Positions 50,269 to 64,000 of a DNA stretch of 64,000 bases are shown one piece after another. The position numbers and the translations under genes are program-made. Source of the DNA: Desulfobacterales bacterium (lineage in GTDB: Bacteria; Desulfobacterota; Desulfobacteria; Desulfobacterales; UBA2174). The DNA is taken from positions 433,201 through 497,200 of the forward strand of contig CAXXWC010000003.1 of the NCBI GenBank assembly GCA_963668645.2, written 5' to 3'. The notes under the pieces were generated by a model, which saw only the letters and a list, made by a program, of their open reading frames with translations, was not told the DNA's origin and did not search any database. How positions within the stretch are numbered: the first letter of the stretch is position 1; every line of letters begins with the position of its first letter.

Positions 50269-52002
50269 TTAACAGCCGTCTCGATGGTGGCCTTCGGACC
50301 CTGGGCAATCGGAAGCCGTCAGCCAACGGTACTGATACGGCCCCAACGGGATGCCCCGGGCCGGCCAGCAGGTACCATCGAGAAGGTCTGTCAGGGGACT
50401 GGCGGCCATGGGCAGGGCCACCTGGCAGGATACAGGGCCGACATTGGTCACGGCCCAAAGGGTCTGGTCGGCCGAATGCCGGCGTATACCGAAAACCGAC
50501 GGCCCAAGGTCCAGAACCTGACAGGCAGCCCGGGGGGCAAAGGCGGGCTGGCAGCGCCGGATGCGGATCAACCGGCAGTAGCGGTGAAAAATCGCAGATC
50601 GAAAATCGGACGGATCATCCAGGGCTTTGGCCAGCGACGAAATTTGAAAGGTTTCCCGATTGATGGAGCGCGCCCGGCCGGTTTGCCGCACCCCTGCCAA
50701 CCAGTTGCGCGCACCGAGAAGACTGGGCAGGTAGGTAGCCGGCACCCCAGGCAAGGCGTACTGGATGCTCTGGCTGGCCAGAAAGCGATCCGCCAGCAGC
50801 GGATCATGTGGCATGCCCGGCTGGCGCAACGCGTCGATGTAGGTCACATTCAACTCATAGGGCACCCGTTTCCCGCCCGCTAGATCCCTCATCGATACCT
50901 TCCCCTGATTGGCCCGGGTCCGATCAACGAGCCGTGCACAGGCTGCATCGGGCAGGACCCCTTCCAGCGGTCGCACGCCGATTCCATCGTGAGAGGCGGT
51001 AAAATTAAGATAGGTCGCTTCGGGGCCAGGGGCTTTAAGCCCGGCGGCCCACCGGGACAGCGCGCTGGCGTCGGCCCCGGCCAGGGTGTGGAGCAACAGC
51101 GGCGGCAGGGTGAAGTTGTAGACCAGCTGGGCCTCGTTGCCACCGTCGCCAAAGTAACTGATGTTCTCCGCGTGGGGCACATTGGTTTCGGTCAGAAGAA
51201 CGACCTGGGGAGCGGCCCGATCCAAAATGGCCCGCAGCAGCTTGACGAGCCGATGGGTTTCGGGAAGATGGATACACGCGGTTCCCGGAATCTTCCACAG
51301 GTAAGCCACCGCATCGAGCCTTAAAATGGCGGCGCCGCATTGAACGTAATCGAGCATCAAGGCGACCATGCGCAGCATGACATCCGGATTGGCCCAGTTC
51401 AGATCGACTTGATCGGCACTGAAGGTCGTCCAGAGATGGACCGTATGGCCGTCGCTGCGATCGAAGGCGGTCAGCAGCGGCAGGTCGCGCGGTCGCACCA
51501 CCGCCGAAAGGTCCGTTTGCGGGTCAACGGCGATGGCCAGGTCCGCATAGGCGGCATCATTGCCCAGGTAGCGCCTCACCCAGTCGCTTTGCGCCGAGAC
51601 ATGGTTGAGCACCAGATCGAACATCAGCCGGAAACCACGGCCCAGCACGGCTACATCATCCCAGCCTCCCAGGGCCGGATCGACCCGGGCGTAATCGGTC
51701 ACCGAAAAACCGTCATCGGAAGAAAAGGGGGAAAACGGCAGGATATGGATGGTATTGAAAACCGCCGCCAGACGCCGGGCGGCGAATTCGGCCAGGGTGC
51801 CCAAAGGCGGTTGACCGGGGCACTGGAGGCTGTTGCCATAGGTGATCAGCACCGTATCGGCCGCTGTGAAACGGTAGCGCCCCGCAGCGCCGGATTTCGG
51901 CATGCCTGCGATCAAGGCGCTGATCTCAGCACAAAGGATATCGGCCCGTTCAGGGCCGTAAAGCGCACTCACGTGCTGGCGGATCGTGGCATCGCCGTCC
52001 AT
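50269..52002 (-). CDS. GH13_18 sugar phosphorylase, probably glucosylglycerate phosphorylase (YcjM-like)
   Basis: SSDDGF, DLVLNH.S, WTTFS.DQ.DLN, RLDAVAYLW, TETN, ASHDGIG, YELN. Confidence 0.8.
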   Translation of the reverse strand: MDGDATIRQHVSALYGPERADILCAEISALIAGMPKSGAAGRYRFTAADTVLITYGNSLQCPGQPPLGTLAEFAARRLAAVFNTIHILPFSPFSSDDGFSVTDYARVDPALGGWDDVAVLGRGFRLMFDLVLNHVSAQSDWVRRYLGNDAAYADLAIAVDPQTDLSAVVRPRDLPLLTAFDRSDGHTVHLWTTFSADQVDLNWANPDVMLRMVALMLDYVQCGAAILRLDAVAYLWKIPGTACIHLPETHRLVKLLRAILDRAAPQVVLLTETNVPHAENISYFGDGGNEAQLVYNFTLPPLLLHTLAGADASALSRWAAGLKAPGPEATYLNFTASHDGIGVRPLEGVLPDAACARLVDRTRANQGKVSMRDLAGGKRVPYELNVTYIDALRQPGMPHDPLLADRFLASQSIQYALPGVPATYLPSLLGARNWLAGVRQTGRARSINRETFQISSLAKALDDPSDFRSAIFHRYCRLIRIRRCQPAFAPRAACQVLDLGPSVFGIRRHSADQTLWAVTNVGPVSCQVALPMAASPLTDLLDGTCWPARGIPLGPYQYRWLTASDCPGSEGHHRDGC

Positions 52003-52084
52003 GGCAGTCTCCCTTTTCAGTGTTGCCTGCCGGCGCGCGGCCTGATCCAGCGGATCCGACCGAAAGCCCCCTGCCCCGCCCCCT

Positions 52085-53467
52085 CTACATCTCGATCCGG
52101 TACAATTTCATCTTGCTCAGCAAAGAGGGGTGGCTGATTTCCAGCAGGCGCGCGGCCCGGGTCCGATTGCCGGCAGTGGCGGTCAACGCGCGCATGATCA
52201 TCTCCCGCTCCAGGTGCTGCCTGGCCTTTTTGAGGGAAAATTCCCCCCGGCCTTCATCCTCCCGCACAGTTGGCCAGCATGTTGCCGGATGCATTTCGGC
52301 AGGCAGATCCGCAATGGTCAATTCAGGTCCCTGTGTCAGCACCATGGCGCGCTCGATGACATTTTCCAGCTCCCGCACGTTGCCGGGCCAGCCGTGATTG
52401 AGCAGGATCTTCATGGCATCAGGGGCAATTCCGTTAATCCGGCGACCGAGGCGCTGGTTGAAGCGATGGATAAAATGCCGGCATAAGAGCGGAACGTCCG
52501 AGATCCGTTCTTTCAGGGAAGGGAGATGAATCTGCAGCACGTTGAGGCGAAAAAAAAGATCCTGGCGGAATCGGCCGGCCTGGACTTCCTGCTCAAGATT
52601 CTTGGCCGTAGCGGTCAAGATCCTCACATCGATCCGTTCCGGCTGCAAGGCGCCCACCGGACGCACCTCGCCCTCCTGCAATACCCGTAGCAGTTTGACC
52701 TGCAAATTCAACGGCAACTCGCCGATTTCGTCGAGAAAGAGCGTGCCGCCGGCCGCCTCCTGGAACAGACCGGTTTTGTGGCGTTCCGCACCGGTAAAGG
52801 CCCCTTTGCGATAGCCGAACAACTCGCTTTCGAGCAGATTTTCGGGAATCCCGCCGCAGTTGATCGCCACCAGCGGTCCTCTGCCGCGGACTCCGGTATG
52901 ATGGATGGCCTGTGCGATCAACTCCTTGCCGGTACCGCTCTGGCCGCAGATCAAAACAGTCGTATCGTAACGTGCGGCCTTTTCGGCCAGATCGAAGACC
53001 GCCTGCATGGCCTTGCTTCCCGCCACCAGGCGTCCGTAACGGTACTCCCCTTCGATCTCAAGGATGGTCTGTTTCAAACGCCGATTTTCGGCCCGAAGCC
53101 GTTCGCGCTCCTCGGCCTTTTTAAGGGTCAGGTAAACCTCGTCGGTCTTAAAAGGCTTGGCGATGTAATCATAGGCCCCCCGCTTCATGGCCTCCAGCGC
53201 GGTATCCACCGTGCCGAAGGCGGACATCATGATCACCGTGGTCCGTTCAGTGAGGTCCCCGGCAGCCTCTAAAAAAGCCATCCCGTCCATGCCCGGCATC
53301 TTGATGTCGCACAGGACCACGTCGTAATTCATCCGGGCGGTCTTGGCCAGTGCATCCCGGCCGTCGACGGCGGTGTCCACCGCATAGCCGGACTTGCCAA
53401 GAAGCAGCGACAGCATGTGGCGCATGTTGTCTTCGTCATCAACGATCAGCATCCGCTTGCTGTCCAT
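52085..53467 (-). CDS. Sigma54-dependent response regulator (NtrC/ZraR/PilR family)
   Basis: Receiver domain (VDDE, D..MP, KPF), GQSGTGKE, ESELFG..GAFTGA, WPGNVREL, Fis HTH. Confidence 0.92.
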   Translation of the reverse strand: MDSKRMLIVDDEDNMRHMLSLLLGKSGYAVDTAVDGRDALAKTARMNYDVVLCDIKMPGMDGMAFLEAAGDLTERTTVIMMSAFGTVDTALEAMKRGAYDYIAKPFKTDEVYLTLKKAEERERLRAENRRLKQTILEIEGEYRYGRLVAGSKAMQAVFDLAEKAARYDTTVLICGQSGTGKELIAQAIHHTGVRGRGPLVAINCGGIPENLLESELFGYRKGAFTGAERHKTGLFQEAAGGTLFLDEIGELPLNLQVKLLRVLQEGEVRPVGALQPERIDVRILTATAKNLEQEVQAGRFRQDLFFRLNVLQIHLPSLKERISDVPLLCRHFIHRFNQRLGRRINGIAPDAMKILLNHGWPGNVRELENVIERAMVLTQGPELTIADLPAEMHPATCWPTVREDEGRGEFSLKKARQHLEREMIMRALTATAGNRTRAARLLEISHPSLLSKMKLYRIEM

Positions 53468-53509
53468 ATGGCTTTCCTATCCTTGCGCTCGTTGGCCCAA
53501 AATTCCGTA

Positions 53510-54955
53510 TCAGCCCAGAGGCAAATCGATCTGCATCCGGGTGCCGATCTCTATCTGACTGTGTACGGACATCTTTCCGCCCAGGGCCTCGACGATCATG
53601 TAACTGACCGCCAATCCGAGTCCGGTCCCCTGCCCGGGTTCCTTGGTGGTGAAAAACGGGTCGAAAATCTCCTTCAGATGTTTTACTTCGATCCCTGTAC
53701 CGTTGTCCTCGAAACAGATGCGAATCTGCTGCGAGTGGTTTTGGGTACGGATGGTCAATTGCCCTTGAAAATTTTCACCGCGGGCGCGGATGGCGTCCGC
53801 CGCATTGATCATCAAATTGAGAAAGACCTGACGCAAACGATCGGCGTGGCCGCAGACACGGTCTTCAGAAGCGTCTAAAACACTGGCCAGGGCAATACCG
53901 GAAGTCAGCGGTTGATAGGCGAAAATCTGGACCGTCTCGCGAATCAGTTCATGGACTTGGGTGGTTTCCCCGTCCTGGTCTACCGGCCGTGCCAAATCGA
54001 GAAGTTGACGCAGGATCCGACCGATGCGCTCGACTTCGGCCGCCGCGCGGCGGCCGATATCGCGGCGCTCGGTTGTATCGAGACTGTCTTGCTGCAATAT
54101 TTCCAGATAGCCGCCGACGATCCCGAGCGGATTGCCAATCTCGTGGGCCAACCCGGCGGACAGCCGCCCGACCGCGGCCAGCTTTTCGGCCTGCAGCACC
54201 TCCTGCTGAGCTTGGCGCAGCTGCCGGTTGGCCCCTTCAAGGCGCTCCACCGCTTGGGCCAGCGCCTCACGGTCCCTTTTCATGCGCCCGTAAATCCGGT
54301 TCAACGACCTTGACAGCTGAGCATAGTCGTCCGGTTCCGAATCGCCGAAAAAGAACAGGTCCTCGCCATTGAAATCGGAAACCGTCTCGGCCCGGCGGCG
54401 CAGCCGTTGGAGGGGTTTTGCGGTAATGCGGCCGAAAACAAAAAGCCCGATCAGCTCGAGCAAAATCAGGTTGACGATCATATAACCGGCCACCACCGGC
54501 TGGAGACGCCGTAAAACCTGGTAACCGCTTTCCAGCGACCAAATACCGACGCGCACCTGGCTGCCCCGCGCAACGCCGAGTGCCAGGTACCTGGGTTGCG
54601 GCCCCAGCAGCCCCCAACTCTTGCCATAATAGGCGATCGCCTCCGGGCTGTGGCGTAACTGATCTTGAAGGTCCGCCAGAAGCGATTCGGTTGCACAGTC
54701 GCCGCCGCGGATAAGGGGCGCCCCCCCATCGAAGTGTATCATGCATTCAGCCCCGGCGAGTCGGGTTGCAGCGGCGACATTCCGATTTCCCGTGTCACCC
54801 CAGGCACTGAGAAAAGACCTTGCGCCGGCAATCTTCTCCTGGATCAGCGCCCTTTGCAAGGCCATGAAAATGGCCAGATCGATCAGGACCATGGCCGCCA
54901 GCAGCAGCAATCCAAGGCGCAGGCCGATTTTACTATAGAGGCCCCTGCTTCGCAT
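53510..54955 (-). CDS. Membrane sensor histidine kinase (NtrB/ZraS/PilS-like)
   Basis: Two TM helices, HAMP-like region, AHEIGNP H-box, N..NA, DNG.G, FFTTK..GTGLGL. Confidence 0.9.
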   Translation of the reverse strand: MRSRGLYSKIGLRLGLLLLAAMVLIDLAIFMALQRALIQEKIAGARSFLSAWGDTGNRNVAAATRLAGAECMIHFDGGAPLIRGGDCATESLLADLQDQLRHSPEAIAYYGKSWGLLGPQPRYLALGVARGSQVRVGIWSLESGYQVLRRLQPVVAGYMIVNLILLELIGLFVFGRITAKPLQRLRRRAETVSDFNGEDLFFFGDSEPDDYAQLSRSLNRIYGRMKRDREALAQAVERLEGANRQLRQAQQEVLQAEKLAAVGRLSAGLAHEIGNPLGIVGGYLEILQQDSLDTTERRDIGRRAAAEVERIGRILRQLLDLARPVDQDGETTQVHELIRETVQIFAYQPLTSGIALASVLDASEDRVCGHADRLRQVFLNLMINAADAIRARGENFQGQLTIRTQNHSQQIRICFEDNGTGIEVKHLKEIFDPFFTTKEPGQGTGLGLAVSYMIVEALGGKMSVHSQIEIGTRMQIDLPLG

Positions 54956-55033
54956 GGTCTGAACCTAACACAATTGGAACATGACTTGAAGGACAGGGTG
55001 GATAACCGGTGCCAGCCAATAGGCCGGCAGAAT

Positions 55034-55074
55034 AAAAAAAGGCCCGGCACCGAGTATCTCGGTTCCGGGCCTTT
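55034..55074 (-). terminator. Intrinsic terminator of rRNA operon A
   Basis: Long GC-rich hairpin followed by 7 T on the minus strand. Confidence 0.8.
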
Positions 55075-55084
55075 AGAAAGATTT

Positions 55085-55201
55085 TCCGGCGGCGTCCTAC
55101 TCTCCCACACAGCTTCCCATGCAGTACCATCGGCGCTGAAGAGCTTAACTTCCGTGTTCGGGATGGTAACGGGTGTGGCCTCTTCGCCATCGCCACCGGA
55201 A
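55085..55201 (-). rRNA. rrf: 5S rRNA (operon A)
   Basis: CCGAAC, GATGGTACTG, GGGAGAGTAGG conserved segments; ends approximate. Confidence 0.93.
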
Positions 55202-55279
55202 AAACCGGTTTTTAAAATGTCTACAATCTGGAAGGATTCACTCGATCTGACAGACGCCGGTTCGTGCTAATTATTTTGT

Positions 55280-58308
<3,029 letters not shown>

Positions 58309-58429
58309 ACAAAATAATTGGCACAAACCACGCTGACGTCTATCAGTGAGATTATCCTTCCAAATTGTCAAAGAACAAAAACGCGTTAAAAAACCCTCCG
58401 GTCCACATCGCCACAAATTCAGGGCGCTG

Positions 58430-58505
58430 TGGTGGAGGTGAACGGGCTCGAACCGATGACCTCCTGCGTGCAAGGCAGGCGCTCTCCCAGCTGAGCTACA
58501 CCCCC
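58430..58505 (-). tRNA. tRNA-Ala(TGC)
   Basis: GGGGGTGTAGCTCAG..TTGCAC..CCTCCACCA in the ITS. Confidence 0.95.
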
Positions 58506-58529
58506 GACACAATGACCCGTGCGGGCTGA

Positions 58530-58607
58530 TGGTGGGCCTGGATGGATTTGAACCATCGACCTCACGCTTATCAGGCGTGCGCTCTGACCAAGCTGAGCTA
58601 CAGGCCC
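58530..58607 (-). tRNA. tRNA-Ile(GAT)
   Basis: GGGCCTGTAGCTCAG..CTGATAA..GGCCCACCA in the ITS. Confidence 0.95.
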
Positions 58608-58748
58608 CCGGATCCGAACTTGCCCCTGCCGGGGCAAATCCCGTCTGAGCCTATCATCAACGCGTTCATGTCACAGAGCCGATGCTTGATCGCTCAAAAC
58701 TAAATAGTGACCACTGAGCCGGATCTTTCAGTTAAGGATTCTATCCTT

Positions 58749-60314
<1,566 letters not shown>

Positions 60315-60397
60315 AACTTTACCGGCCACGACCTTTTGGGCCGCAACCGACTTCGTCAACAAGGAGCCGACTCGCGTAAAATAGGTCACTATTTAGT

Positions 60398-60409
60398 TTT
60401 CAAAGATCA
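60398..60409 (-). promoter_or_regulatory. boxA-like antitermination site in the rrn leader
   Basis: TGATCTTTGAAA; a similar TGTTCTTTGACA lies in the ITS at about 58366-58377. Confidence 0.55.
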
Positions 60410-60492
60410 AACACCCTCCGACCCTCTTCCCGGATCGGAAAGCCCCCTCGCTACTCACCGAGAGGACCGTAATCGACAAACTGAAAACGCTA

Positions 60493-60520
60493 AATATACT
60501 AAAACCAAACAGCTTGTCAA
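60493..60520 (-). promoter_or_regulatory. rRNA operon A promoter
   Basis: TTGACA-N16-TATATT with upstream A-tracts (UP-like). Confidence 0.7.
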
Positions 60521-60609
60521 TTACTTTTTTCAACCAACCGTTTTTTTCTATCGCTTCCCGATCCCAGCCACCCGGCCGTTTTTCGGCAAGGCCTTTTCCG
60601 TGATCAGAG

Positions 60610-60647
60610 AAAAGGCCCGGCACCGAGTATCTCGGTTCCGGGCCTTT
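60610..60647 (-). terminator. Terminator of rRNA operon B (same stem as operon A, shorter T-tract)
   Basis: Hairpin identical to the one at about 55038-55074, followed by TTTTCTCT. Confidence 0.65.
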
Positions 60648-60657
60648 AGAAAGATTT

Positions 60658-60774
60658 TCCGGCGGCGTCCTACTCTCCCACACAGCTTCCCATGCAGTAC
60701 CATCGGCGCTGAAGAGCTTAACTTCCGTGTTCGGGATGGTAACGGGTGTGGCCTCTTCGCCATCGCCACCGGAA
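60658..60774 (-). rRNA. rrf: 5S rRNA (operon B)
   Basis: Matches the operon A 5S at offset 5573. Confidence 0.93.
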
Positions 60775-60852
60775 AAACCGGTTTTTAAAATGTCTACAAT
60801 CTGGAAGGATTCACTCGATCCGACAGACGCCGGTTCGTGCTAATTATTTTGT

Positions 60853-63882
<3,030 letters not shown>

Positions 63883-64000
63883 ACAAAATAATTGGCACAA
63901 ACCACGCTGACGTCTATCAGTGAGATTATCCTTCCAAATTGTCAAAGAACAAAAACGCGTTAAAAAACCCTCCGGTCCACATCGCCACAAATTCAGGGCG

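Overview
High-GC bacterial chromosome segment. The Ahb haem genes, housekeeping gene order and rRNA sequence suggest a sulfate-reducing deltaproteobacterium, probably Desulfobacterales (inferred, not searched). Left part: a ClpX-like ATPase and ahbC, then a ~19.8 kb block, then ahbD. The block holds a LacI-controlled minus-strand operon (divergent GcvPA/GcvPB without T/H/L proteins, an ATP-NAD-kinase/AcoX-like protein, an M20 amidohydrolase, two complete Liv-type ABC importers, a UcpA-like SDR and a Zn-dehydrogenase) plus hemB in reversed orientation. A perfect 12-bp inverted repeat containing the hemB start codon bounds the block. Middle part: CBS protein, long PPi-PFK, polar amino-acid ABC transporter, smc-ftsY, acylphosphatase, an atypical NAD+-type DNA ligase with an apparent signal peptide, nucleoside phosphorylase, glyQS, GHMP kinase, recO, RodZ-like, SurA-like, mfd, an orphan ParA with a small RHH partner, tRNA-Thr, a GH13_18 sugar phosphorylase and a sigma54 two-component pair. 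Right part: two nearly identical rRNA operons in direct tandem, the second cut by the window edge. The best candidate for an undescribed system is the LacI-regulated, T-protein-free GcvP-like catabolic operon. All family calls come from motif recognition; no database searches were run.
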